DNA of 64,000 nucleotides from an uncultured delta proteobacterium (GTDB lineage Bacteria; Desulfobacterota; Binatia; Binatales; Binataceae): NCBI GenBank assembly GCA_963733715.1, contig CAVTEN010000020.1, positions 215,979 to 279,978 of the forward strand, read 5' to 3'. Shown piece by piece: positions 20,676 to 30,013 of this stretch (position 1 is its first letter; each line of letters starts with the position of its first letter). The notes under the pieces were generated by a model. It saw only the letters and a program-made list of their open reading frames with translations, ran no database searches and was not told where the DNA came from. The position numbers and the translations under genes were made by a program.

Positions 20676-22305
20676 CCGCGATCACCAGCGGCGGCAGGTG
20701 CAGGTAGGTTATCTCGGCCGAGCGACCGAGCTCCGAGGTCGCCATCGCGATCGCCTCGTCGAGCGTGTCCGCCGCTTCCCATCCGAGCCGCGCCGCGACT
20801 TCCGGCTCCTCGCATCCCGCAGCGATCACGCGCCCGACGTGCTGTCGCGCCGGCTCGCCCCAGTACCACATGTAGAACGGATGCACGCCGTGGTACGCGT
20901 TGCCGTAGCGGTACATGTGGATGTAAGTGGGATTGCGCGCGAACTCGCGCTCGAAAGTCTTCTCGAGCTCGACCGCGTCAGTGGTCTCCGCCAGGCATCG
21001 ATGGAAAAATTCGATGTAACTCGGATGATGCTCGGGATGAAATTCGTCGCGCAGCGGATGACAGATGATCATCGTGCCGCCTTCGCGCACCAGCGGCTTG
21101 TTCCGATACATATTGAACAGGTAGCCGAGCCCAGTGCACTGCACGAGAACCGGATTCATGATCGAGTTCACGTTGTACGGACAGATGTACGGCACGCCCA
21201 CAATTAAAATATCGGCCTGACCCTTCACCGGCACCGCGTATTGCTGGAACACTCGCGCGAGCGCCTTCTGATGCACCGTCTCGGTGTCTCCCGCCCACAC
21301 GCCGATCATTCCGTACGGGGCAGCATAGTTGTGCAAAACAGTGCGCCGCATCTCGTTGGACATGTTCCGCATCGTCCACTGAAAGCCTTTCAGCCGCGTG
21401 CGATCCCAGTCGGTGAAGTGGTCCTCGTTCTTGTGCAGAAAGTCGAGCATCCCGCCGTACATCCGGGTGTTAACCGCAGTCTCGATCTGAAAAATATTGA
21501 CCGACTCATGAATCAGCTTGCCCATCCGATCGGACGATCGATGCAGCGCCGAGCGCGTCGGATCCATGTACGAATGCGAATCGCGCAGCGTGCCGACGTT
21601 GTGGTGATGCCGCAAACTCTGATACGGCGCGAGTCCCACCGCGACCGATTTGTGCCCGCCGTCCATCGGCACCAGGTTGATGTTCAGGTAGATGAGCAGA
21701 TCCGACTCGACCGCGCGCCGCGACAGCCACACTTCCTCGCCATGATCCGTCTTGCCGAGCATCGCAAGCTCGGCGCGATTTTCCGCGTCGAAGTTGTAAA
21801 GCCGATCCGGCCAGTACTGCTTGAATGCGCGCTCGCCAACGACGCGTCGAATCTCGGCTTCCGTCATTCGCCGATGCAACGACGTCGCAATCACCAGATG
21901 CACGTCGTCAACCCCGTAGTCGGCCAGCGTCTGCAGCACCTGGTTGAGCAGTCGCTCGCGGATGTCGGGCCGGCGCATCTGCGGCAGCGGCAGGCTGATG
22001 TCGTCGATCGCGATCGTCACCCGCATGTTGGGACTCAACTGCGCGAACAGCGGGTCCTGATTCTCGGGATGGAGGATGGCGTAGCGAATCGCCTGGTCGG
22101 CGTCGGCGAGCGGGTCCAGCGGCGGCGGCGGATAGATCACGCGTGTGCCGACCGGCAGCTTCTCGAACAGAAATTCCTCGCCGTACGGAATGATGCGGCG
22201 CTCCGAGCGTCGATTCACCTTGACGACCAGCTCGCTGCGCGCGCCGACTTCATGCCGCAGCTCCGCCGTTTTGAGTTCTTTGAGTTTCGCCTCAGGTCGC
22301 GCCAT
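20665..22305 (-). CDS. Lactate racemase (LarA/DUF2088)-fold protein
   Basis: VTIAIDDIS, IATSLHRRMT, GKTDHGEEV, DGGHKS, VREGGTMI. Confidence 0.8.
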   Translation of the reverse strand: MARPEAKLKELKTAELRHEVGARSELVVKVNRRSERRIIPYGEEFLFEKLPVGTRVIYPPPPLDPLADADQAIRYAILHPENQDPLFAQLSPNMRVTIAIDDISLPLPQMRRPDIRERLLNQVLQTLADYGVDDVHLVIATSLHRRMTEAEIRRVVGERAFKQYWPDRLYNFDAENRAELAMLGKTDHGEEVWLSRRAVESDLLIYLNINLVPMDGGHKSVAVGLAPYQSLRHHHNVGTLRDSHSYMDPTRSALHRSSDRMGKLIHESVNIFQIETAVNTRMYGGMLDFLHKNEDHFTDWDRTRLKGFQWTMRNMSNEMRRTVLHNYAAPYGMIGVWAGDTETVHQKALARVFQQYAVPVKGQADILIVGVPYICPYNVNSIMNPVLVQCTGLGYLFNMYRNKPLVREGGTMIICHPLRDEFHPEHHPSYIEFFHRCLAETTDAVELEKTFEREFARNPTYIHMYRYGNAYHGVHPFYMWYWGEPARQHVGRVIAAGCEEPEVAARLGWEAADTLDEAIAMATSELGRSAEITYLHLPPLVIADVE

Positions 22306-23115
22306 CCGAGCCTCGCGTCGATCGTTCGCTGTCGTCGTTTAAGTCTTGGTTCGTTGTCAAAATCGTCAGGTGGCTGCGAATCCGTCGCCTTCTCGAAATG
22401 GATCACGGGCCATTGCCGGCTGAGTGCGGCCGCGCGCAATCTGCGGTCGGGGTTGACGGCGACAGGATGCCCGAGCGCGGCGAGAAACGCGGTGTCGTAA
22501 TGCGAATCGGCGTAACCCCAGCAATCCGCCAAATCGAGATCGTGCGCGGTCGCGTAGTCGTTGCACCAGACCGCTTTTTCGTCGCCCGCCATGACAGGCT
22601 CCGCGAGCCGCCCGGTCGCGCGGCCGCGGCTGAAGACAAATCGATTCGCGGCGAAATCGGCGATTCCAAGATGACGCGCGAGCGGAGCCACGATGAAGTC
22701 CGGCGATCCCGTGACCAGCACCGGCTCGATCCCGGCCTCGCGATTCGCTTCGATCAATTCCACTGCGCGCGGAAAAAGATGGCCGACGAGAATGCGCTCG
22801 CAATATTCCTCGCCGAGCGAAAACAGCCGGTCGCGCGAGACGCCCTTGAACGCTTCGAACAGCACCGTGTTCAGAGTCCGTCGGTCGCGCTGCTCCGCAA
22901 TGTACAAGCGCGGGATGCGCGCGGCGAATCCGAGCAGGTATGAGATGCGCCCGCTCCATTCGCCGACATTGGCGAGCGTGAAAATCAGCCGCATGCACCA
23001 GGTTCAGATCCACCAGCGTCCCGTCGAGATCGTAAAACGCGGCGCGACGCTTGGGGGCCTTGATCGCCTTGGGGGCGTGGCCATTGGACGTTTTCTTATG
23101 ACTGTAAACTGACAT
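22215..23115 (-). CDS. HAD-IB family phosphatase, frameshift near 22990
   Basis: AAFYDLDGTL motif I in the 23115 frame; VTGS, EK, YADSHYD and AVNPDRRL in the frame ending at 22215. Confidence 0.85.
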
Positions 23116-23124
23116 GTCAGTCTA
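23105..23124. promoter_or_regulatory. Palindromic operator-like site
   Basis: Perfect 14-bp palindrome ACTGACATGTCAGT (23108-23121) covering the HAD ATG and the tetR stop codon. Confidence 0.6.
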
Positions 23125-23785
23125 GTTTGGGCCCAAAAAAAGAGAGGTTGCCCGGTGGTCTGTCGCCGGCGGCTGCTCTTCGCGGCGGTACGAATTTCAA
23201 CAGCTCGGGACGCGCGACTCCGCCTAGCCCGAACGCGAGTATTTCCTCGACCAGCGCCGCGATGTCGGTGTCGTCGCTGCGCGAGAGCATCCCGATCACT
23301 TCCTTGATTCCTCCGAGGATCGCGTACGACACCGCGCGCGTATCGGAATTGCGCACCAGGTTCATCTCGATTCCGAGATCGAGCGATCGTTTAATCAGCG
23401 CCGCGATCCGATCGTAAAAATCCTGGATCTTGTCGTCGAGCTCGTGATCGAATCCCGTCGAATGGTTGAGCAGGATATCGGTGAGCTCGCGCTCCGCCAG
23501 CACGTAGGTCAGCACTCGCGTCAGGTTTGCGCGCAATTGATCTACAGGGTCCGGCTCTCCCGATCCCGGCCGCAGCCGCTGAATCCTCTGCGTCAATTCG
23601 GTGACCACCTGCTCGAGCAATTCCTCGAAAAGGTCCTTCTTGTTCTGGAAATAAAGATAGAACGTGCCACGCGCGATGCGGGCGCGGGCAATGATGTCCG
23701 CGACATTGGTCCTGTGATATCCCTTGCGAGCAAAGATGCGCTTGGCGTGACGCAGCACCTGCGCGCGTCGGGCTTGACGTTCCAT
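23117..23785 (-). CDS. TetR/AcrR family transcriptional regulator
   Basis: RRAQVLRHAKRIFARKGYHRTNVADII...IARGTFYLYFQNKKDL HTH. Start placed at MERQ (23785) to avoid overlap with the divergent gene. Confidence 0.92.
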   Translation of the reverse strand: MERQARRAQVLRHAKRIFARKGYHRTNVADIIARARIARGTFYLYFQNKKDLFEELLEQVVTELTQRIQRLRPGSGEPDPVDQLRANLTRVLTYVLAERELTDILLNHSTGFDHELDDKIQDFYDRIAALIKRSLDLGIEMNLVRNSDTRAVSYAILGGIKEVIGMLSRSDDTDIAALVEEILAFGLGGVARPELLKFVPPRRAAAGDRPPGNLSFFGPKLD

Positions 23786-23882
23786 CAAGATTCTCCGTGG
23801 ATACCTTTCAGCGTAGTTCGGGAAAGCGCGCAGTGTCAAATTCGTCACGACAATGTTACGAATGGCGTGAGGCATTTTCTTG

Positions 23883-24335
23883 ATGAGCAATTCAAAATTT
23901 TGGGACAAGGTCCACGCGACCGCCGCGAAAGCGACCTGGGCATATCTCGCCACCGCCAAAGGCTCGCAGCCCAAGGTCCGCGTCGTGCATCCCGCCTTCG
24001 AGGGCGAGCGCGTATGGGTCGCGACCGGACGCGCGTCGGCCAAGGCCGGTCACATCGACAAGAACCCAAGCGTCGAGCTCTTCTACCAAATCGGCGCCGA
24101 CATGGTTCATCTGACGGTCACCGGCAAGGCGAAATTCGTCGAAGACCTCGTCGAAAAAAAGCGAATCTGGAACAGCAAGGTCTTTGACTACGATCTCTCG
24201 CAGTTCTGGCCCGGCGGTCCCGAGTCGAAGGACTTCGGCCTGATGCTGATAACGCCCGATCGCGTCGAGCTGACCTCGCTGCCCGAAATGACAACCGGCA
24301 AAAAACCCGAAGTCTGGCGCCCCTCGCACAAGTAG
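23883..24335 (+). CDS. Pyridoxamine 5'-phosphate oxidase-like split-barrel flavin/F420-binding protein
   Basis: AYLAT..QPKVRVV, SAKAGHIDKNPSVEL, FWPGGPES. Confidence 0.8.
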   Translation: MSNSKFWDKVHATAAKATWAYLATAKGSQPKVRVVHPAFEGERVWVATGRASAKAGHIDKNPSVELFYQIGADMVHLTVTGKAKFVEDLVEKKRIWNSKVFDYDLSQFWPGGPESKDFGLMLITPDRVELTSLPEMTTGKKPEVWRPSHK

Positions 24336-24394
24336 TTCTCCGGCTCATACCGCGATTGGCGCGCACCTCATGGACTGAGATCTTCCGCGCGATT

Positions 24395-24441
24395 GTTCCC
24401 CTTCCCTCGAGGGCCCGAAAAAAGGGGTTAGGGATTAGGTT
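24395..24441 (+). repeat. REP-like hairpin repeat, copy A (interrupted right arm)
   Basis: GTTCCCCTTCCC-TCGA-GGG[CCCGAAAA]AAGGGGTTAGGGATTAGGTT. Confidence 0.85.
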
Positions 24442-24468
24442 GCCTGCGCATTGATCCGGATTTCTGCC

Positions 24469-24969
24469 CTACCCCCGCACGCGTTCGCGCGCGAAAATCG
24501 CGCGCTCTTCGGCCGTCATCTTTTCGCGGATGCGCGAGCCTTTGCCGACGTGCCGATATTGTCCGCCTTCTGAGAAATATTCCTCATAAGGCTGCGCCGG
24601 TATTGGCTCCGGCCCCGGCGAGTCTGTGATCTTCACGCCCAGCACATCCTCGACCAGATTGCTGTCGTACATCCTGACTGCATCGTAGTCCGTCAGCAGC
24701 GCACATACTTCGACGCAGATGTAGCATCCTATGCATTCCTGGAAGCGATCCTGCACCGGCTGCACGCCGCGGCCCGGAACCGATCCGGCGGCCAGGTACT
24801 CGATGCATTGCACGGGGCAGAACTCGGGACATTTGCCGCACGGGAAGCACAGGTTCACGTCCATGAACGCGACTTCGCGCGGACGTTTTTTCTTCTGTCC
24901 AACTTCTTCGGGCGTCTCCGGGATACGGTCTTCCTTGAGACGACGCTTGATGATGTCGATAGCGCTCAT
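24469..24969 (-). CDS. 2x[4Fe-4S] ferredoxin-domain protein
   Basis: CFPCGKCPEFCP and CIGCYICVEVC. Confidence 0.88.
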   Translation of the reverse strand: MSAIDIIKRRLKEDRIPETPEEVGQKKKRPREVAFMDVNLCFPCGKCPEFCPVQCIEYLAAGSVPGRGVQPVQDRFQECIGCYICVEVCALLTDYDAVRMYDSNLVEDVLGVKITDSPGPEPIPAQPYEEYFSEGGQYRHVGKGSRIREKMTAEERAIFARERVRG

Positions 24970-25024
24970 GCTTCTATTGTCACGCTATTTCAGCGCGCGC
25001 GGTCAAGCAGCACAGTGAAATAGC

Positions 25025-26625
25025 CTATCTGACGGCGAAAATCCGGCCGGTTGACGTCCCGAGGTATAGCATTCCCGAGGGCGACGATGCGGCGGTCGTG
25101 ATTTTGCCGAAGCTGCGCGCGGTCCAGACGGAGCTGCCGTCACCCGTCAGCACTGCGGCCAGGTCGCCCGCCGTCGCTTCGAACATGCCGTCGGAGCCAA
25201 GCACGATCAGACCCGCGTCGCCCGGTTTCAGCGAGGAGTTTTTCCATCGGAGCTGGCCGTCGGTGGTGATGCCGAGAGTCTTGCCTGCCCCGGCGAAGAT
25301 TGCGCCCGATGGAGCGACGACCGGTCCCGCGGTTACTGCGCGCGTAGAGTTGACGTGCCAAATCGGACTGCCGGTGCGCGCATCGATCGCATACACACCT
25401 CCGCCGGCCGATCCCGCGTAAACCACGTCATCGTAGTAGGCGACCGATCCCGAAAATCCGCCATCAGGCTGGAAGGTCCAAATGACCGCGCCGTCCGACG
25501 CGATCGCCGTGACTGCGCCGCGCGATGTTCCCACCACGACTCCGTCTGCGGTCGCCGCGGCTCTGGTTACGGTCCAACATTCACGCGCCAATTGAGAGAT
25601 CCTGTGGTGCTGACTGACACCAGGTCGGCGCCGACGGACGCGTAGATCGCTCGATCGGTCACCGCGAGCGGTCCCGCGCTGTCGCCAATTTCAAGATTCC
25701 AACCGCGTCGGCGCCGCGGGATCGTATTGCAGCAAGCGCGGAACTGGACGCCATCGCGATCACGGTGCCGTCGGGCAGCACTGCCGGCGACGAACCGGCC
25801 GCATCGCGATGCATGATTTCCTTGCCCGTGGAATCCAGGCCGTGCAACACGCCGTCGCGCGTGATGAAGAATATCGAGCCGTCGGCCCCAACCGCGATTC
25901 GTCCGCGCAACTCCGCGCCCGCATCGAAGGTCCACATCAGGATGCCCGCGTTGCGCGTCGATGCTGCCGGCGTGCTCGACGCCGCCGGCTTTACCCCGGC
26001 CGCCGGCGACGAGGTCGCGGTAGCAGTCGGCGTCGGTGGCAGCGGGGCGCATAGCGGGCAGGTATCTACGGGCGCGTAAACGCCGATAGGAACGAACTGA
26101 CTACTCACTCCGGCGCTGCTCGCAAGGATGCAGGCGCATCCCGCCAGGTTGGTCGTATAAACCCCGCCCATCGTGCCGGACGGAGGCGCTTGCAGCACGG
26201 TGTTGTCTGAGGAGGTCCACAAGGTGAACGGGTCCGATGGTGATATCGATGAACTTGGTTTTGTTTTTCTTCGTGAAAGTGCCGATGGCGTTGAATGCGA
26301 CCGTCCCGCCCGTCGGCACGCTGCCCGGCGCTATGGTCGTGCTGGTCGCTGCAGGGCGCGGCGTCAGCGTGGGCGTAATCGTCTTTGTGGAAGTTGGTTT
26401 TGGCGTGTGCTTGGGCGTATCCGATCCCGTGGTCGTTGGGGACGGAGTGAAAGTGGGCGCGGGCGGAGAGCCGTTCGAGATCGTGATCGCCTGCAGCGAA
26501 AAGCCCGGAGCCCTGGTCGGTGTAGGGCCTCCACTGCTGCTGCCGCCGCAACTCAGAAAAATCCCTCCGAGAACGAACAACACGACCGGCGTAACCACTA
26601 GCCATCTGAGCCACCGCGACAACAT
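25025..26625 (-). pseudogene. Lipoprotein with P/T-rich linker, Ig-like segment and PQQ-like beta-propeller repeats, split by about three frameshifts
   Basis: Lipobox IFLSC; WTFDAG..GADGSIFF..DGVLHGLD and WTFQ..VYAGS..VYAIDARTGSPIW blades spread over four consecutive frames (shifts near 26240, 25700, 25575). Confidence 0.7.
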
Positions 26626-26811
26626 CAAGCCAACACCTATGACTGATGCCGCCGAGCGGTGTCAAGTTGATGCGCGATTTCGACCTCTCACAACCGCTGA
26701 CGAAAGGCTAGCTACAAGTCACTGAATAGAGATTTCGATTTCGTGGGAATTTGCGGTATGCGATGTCATCATCCAAGAACGCTGGATCACCGAAGCGCGC
26801 TGCAAGATTCT

Positions 26812-26960
26812 AAAAACAAAAAAATGGCGGGCATTTGAAGAGGGGGGGACTCTCCAATGCCCGCCTGTTCGTAGCGGCCGTCCGCGTACGCTGCGGACGG
26901 TAACCGGTTAGTTGGGAGGAACAAACCAACCGGCCAGGTGCCAGAGCCGTTCGCACCTAT
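26812..26960 (-). ncRNA. Candidate small RNA with four hairpins and C-rich anti-SD loops
   Basis: Intergenic; stems 26936-26958, 26904-26933 (loop TGTTCCTCCC), 26878-26900, and terminator 26826-26865 (loop TCCCCCC) followed by a U-tract. Confidence 0.6.
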
Positions 26961-27062
26961 ATTTAGAGACGATGCGTTTCAGTGATTATTCAAACTCGAA
27001 AATTTTTTATTTGCACGCGTCGCCGGTCGGGATAGACTCGGCGCTGGAGGCTCGAAAAAGCG

Positions 27063-28070
27063 ATGGAATATCGGCGATTAGGTGGAACCGGACTGAAAGT
27101 TTCTGAACTTTGTCTTGGATGCATGACGTTTGGACGAGAGACAGACGAAAAAACCGCAGGAAAAATTCTTGATCGGTTTATTGAAGTTGGCGGTAACTTT
27201 CTTGACACCGCCAATGTTTATGCTGCGGGAGCGTCAGAAGAAATTCTCGGACGAATTCTCGGTGAGCGGCGAAAAGATTTGATTGTCGCAACAAAAGTTC
27301 GCTTCAACGCGAATATTTTCATGGGCAAGACGGTCGCACCGAATCAAATCGGCCTGTCGCGCGGGCATATCATGTCGGAAGTCGAGGCAAGTCTGCGGCG
27401 CCTGAAAATGGACTATATCGATCTTTACCAGGTCCATTCATGGGATTTCGAAACGCCTATCGACGAGACGATGCGTGCGCTCGACGACCTCGTGCGTCAC
27501 GGCAAAGTCAGGTACATCGGCGCGTCTAATTTTACGGCGTGGCAACTGATGAAAAGTCTGTGGGTCAGCGATAAACACGATTTTGCGCGTTTTGATTGTC
27601 TGCAGCCGCAATACAGTTTGATTTCGCGCGAGATCGAGCGTGAGATCATGCCGCTGTGCCGCTATGAAGGCGTCGGCGTAATTCCATGGAGTCCGCTCGG
27701 TGGCGGATTTCTGACCGGCAAGTATCGTTCGGGTCAGCGCCCGCCTGAGGATAGCCGGCTGGCAAAGTTAGATATGTGGAATCGGCTCGCTGACGAGCGC
27801 AATTACTCGACGCTCGAAGCGGTCGAACAGGTCGCGAAGGAACGCGGCCGTCCAATCTCGCAGGTCGCGCTGGCGTGGGTGAATCAGCAGCCGGGAGTCA
27901 GCTCGGTGATTTACGGTGCGCGGACCGAAGAGCAGAACGAGCAGAATCTCGGCGCGATCGGATTTCGCCTCGAAGCAGCAGAGCTCGCCGCGCTGAATAA
28001 AGCGAGCGCATTGCCACTCGAGTATCCCGACGCGATGCAAGCGCGCCTCCCAGGCTACTCGCGCCAGTAA
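27063..28070 (+). CDS. Aldo/keto reductase (aryl-alcohol dehydrogenase/Tas-like)
   Basis: YRRLGGTGLKVSELCLGCMTFG, DTANVY, ATK, DLYQVH, PWSPLGGGFLTGKY. Confidence 0.93.
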   Translation: MEYRRLGGTGLKVSELCLGCMTFGRETDEKTAGKILDRFIEVGGNFLDTANVYAAGASEEILGRILGERRKDLIVATKVRFNANIFMGKTVAPNQIGLSRGHIMSEVEASLRRLKMDYIDLYQVHSWDFETPIDETMRALDDLVRHGKVRYIGASNFTAWQLMKSLWVSDKHDFARFDCLQPQYSLISREIEREIMPLCRYEGVGVIPWSPLGGGFLTGKYRSGQRPPEDSRLAKLDMWNRLADERNYSTLEAVEQVAKERGRPISQVALAWVNQQPGVSSVIYGARTEEQNEQNLGAIGFRLEAAELAALNKASALPLEYPDAMQARLPGYSRQ

Positions 28071-28084
28071 CCGCCCCCTGATCC

Positions 28085-28124
28085 GGTCCCCTTCCCACTA
28101 TGGGAAGGGGTTAGGGGTTAGGTT
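28085..28124 (+). repeat. REP-like hairpin repeat, copy B
   Basis: GGTCCCCTTCCCA-CTA-TGGGAAGGGGTTAGGGGTTAGGTT. Confidence 0.9.
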
Positions 28125-28128
28125 TCCG

Positions 28129-28159
28129 AGGCGCGTCCGATCGGGCGCGCCTTTTTTTT
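28129..28159 (+). terminator. Intrinsic terminator
   Basis: AGGCGCGTCC-GATC-GGGCGCGCC followed by T8. Confidence 0.8.
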
Positions 28160-28167
28160 CAAGCATT

Positions 28168-29823
28168 GTGCAGAGACTAAAGACATGGCGGGTCTTGAGC
28201 GGGGCCCTTCTCAGCGCGATTTTTCTTTCGGTGCTGTTCGCAACGCTCTGGATCCGACGCGCTTTTCGCACGTCGAGCGGTCCGGCACCATGGGAGACCA
28301 CCATCGCGCGGACCGTCCGGCACATCGCCATCCCGCGAACCGAGCGGCAGCGCCGGGATCCGCTTGCACCCATCGCCGAGAACTTGCAGGCGGGCAAGGA
28401 GGAATTTTTAGCCCACTGCTCGAATTGTCACGGAGTGGATGGCAGCGGTCGAACTCAGATGGGCCAGCATCTATACCCGCGGGTGCCGGACCTCCGAACG
28501 GCGCCGACGCAAGAACTCAGCGATGGTGAGATTCACTACGTCATCGAAAATGGAGTTCCTTTGACCGGCATGCCCGCCTGGAAAGACCCGCAGCCGGAAT
28601 CCGCGGATCGGATTTGGAAGCTCGTCCTCTATATCCGCACCTTGAATCCCCTCACGCCCGAAGTAGAAGCACGGCAAGCCAATGCTGCCGCGCAGGCGCG
28701 CTACGTGGGTTCGCGGGCGTGCGCGAAATGCCACGCGGCCATCTACGATCGCTGGAAAAAAACGCCAATGGCAAATGTGGTCCGCGATCCGCGCGAACAT
28801 CCCGACGCTATCCTGCCGAAGCTCGGTACCAACACTGTCTTCAAATTCTCGCCGGGGCAGGTCGCCTTGGTCTATGGCAGTTTGTGGAAACAGCGCTACT
28901 TCACGAAGGTCGGCGATGACTATTTCCCCTTGCCGGTTGAATGGGACATCGCGACGCACGTCTGGCTGCCGTACTTCGTAACAACCGGACAAGACTGGTG
29001 GGCGCCATACTACCCGCCCGACAACATGAAGCGTCCGACGGGGCCAATGTGCGACGGATGCCACTCGGTCGGATACGACATTCGCACTAAACAAGTCGCG
29101 GAATGGAATGTGGGCTGTGAGCGATGCCACGGGCCGGGCAGCGCCCACGCCGCGCATCCGAGCGTCGATAACATTCTGAATCCCGCGCGAACGAACTTTG
29201 TGGCCGCGAGCGACACCTGCATCCAGTGCCATTCGCAGGGACGTCCGCTCGCTAATCCGATTGAGGGAAAATACTACGACTGGCCAGTTGGCTATCGCGT
29301 GGGACTTAAATTAGCGAATTTCTGGAAGCTCGAAGATCACGTTCTCGGCAAGAGCGGCTTCTACTATTTTGCGGACGGCACGGCGCACAAGAACCGGATG
29401 CAGGGGAACGATTTCGTTCAGAGCCTGATGTACCGTCGCGGAATCAGTTGTTTCGATTGCCACGACGTCCACGGCACCAGCAACTACGCGGAGCTTCGCG
29501 AGCCGGCGGAAAAATTATGCCTCGAATGCCACGGGCCGACGTCTCCGAACGGCCCGCGCACCGCCACAATCGAGCAACATACCCATCACAAAGAAGGAAC
29601 TCCGGGAGGCCGCTGCGTAGATTGCCACATGCCAGCGATCGAGACCGAAGGAGTTCCAGGCTCCTACGTGCACGCGCACACGTTCCGGTTTATCTCGCCA
29701 GCCTCGACCGAAAAATACGGCATCCCAAACCCCTGCACGTCATGTCACACCAACAAACCAACGTCGTGGGCCACTAGTATTCTCCAGGGATGGTCCGAGC
29801 GTTCCCCCTGGCGCCTCCAATAA
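28168..29823 (+). CDS. Membrane-anchored multiheme cytochrome c (9 CXXCH)
   Basis: CSNCH (class I domain with GMPAW), then CAKCH, CDGCH, CERCH, CIQCH, CFDCH, CLECH, CVDCH, CTSCH; N-terminal TM helix. Confidence 0.92.
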   Translation: MQRLKTWRVLSGALLSAIFLSVLFATLWIRRAFRTSSGPAPWETTIARTVRHIAIPRTERQRRDPLAPIAENLQAGKEEFLAHCSNCHGVDGSGRTQMGQHLYPRVPDLRTAPTQELSDGEIHYVIENGVPLTGMPAWKDPQPESADRIWKLVLYIRTLNPLTPEVEARQANAAAQARYVGSRACAKCHAAIYDRWKKTPMANVVRDPREHPDAILPKLGTNTVFKFSPGQVALVYGSLWKQRYFTKVGDDYFPLPVEWDIATHVWLPYFVTTGQDWWAPYYPPDNMKRPTGPMCDGCHSVGYDIRTKQVAEWNVGCERCHGPGSAHAAHPSVDNILNPARTNFVAASDTCIQCHSQGRPLANPIEGKYYDWPVGYRVGLKLANFWKLEDHVLGKSGFYYFADGTAHKNRMQGNDFVQSLMYRRGISCFDCHDVHGTSNYAELREPAEKLCLECHGPTSPNGPRTATIEQHTHHKEGTPGGRCVDCHMPAIETEGVPGSYVHAHTFRFISPASTEKYGIPNPCTSCHTNKPTSWATSILQGWSERSPWRLQ

Positions 29824-29839
29824 GCATTCTTTCTAATCT

Positions 29840-29869
29840 GGTTCCCGTTCCCGCGCGGGAAGGGGTTAG
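29840..29869 (+). repeat. REP-like hairpin repeat, copy C (short tail)
   Basis: GGTTCCCGTTCCC-GCGC-GGGAAGGGGTTAG. Confidence 0.8.
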
Positions 29870-29993
29870 TTGATAATGCGCTGCGCGCACCCTGATGGAT
29901 GAAAGCCGAACAGCGCACTTGCACGCACACCACCATCGAGTCACCGCCCCTGAGAGCAAAGTAGCGCGCCGCGCGCAACTTTGCGCTTCACAC

Positions 29994-30013
29994 TGGGTGC
30001 AGGGGTCACCCCT
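29994..30013 (+). repeat. Second repeat family, 20-bp copy 1
   Basis: TGGGTGCAGGGGTCACCCCT, identical to the reverse complement of 45684-45703. Confidence 0.8.

Noticed and set aside
16617-21068. Long plus-strand ORFs (16617-18485, 19638-21068) and similar ones opposite ftsK, icmA, uvrC and the ABC genes
   Set aside because: Antisense shadows of well-supported genes, expected from high-GC codon bias; no recognisable motifs.
23786-24043. Upstream extension of the TetR ORF
   Set aside because: It overlaps the divergent gene starting at 23883; the HTH begins after 23785.
29891-29912. CTGATGG...GAAC resembling a hammerhead ribozyme core
   Set aside because: Lacks the CUGANGA and GAAA consensus and a stem II.
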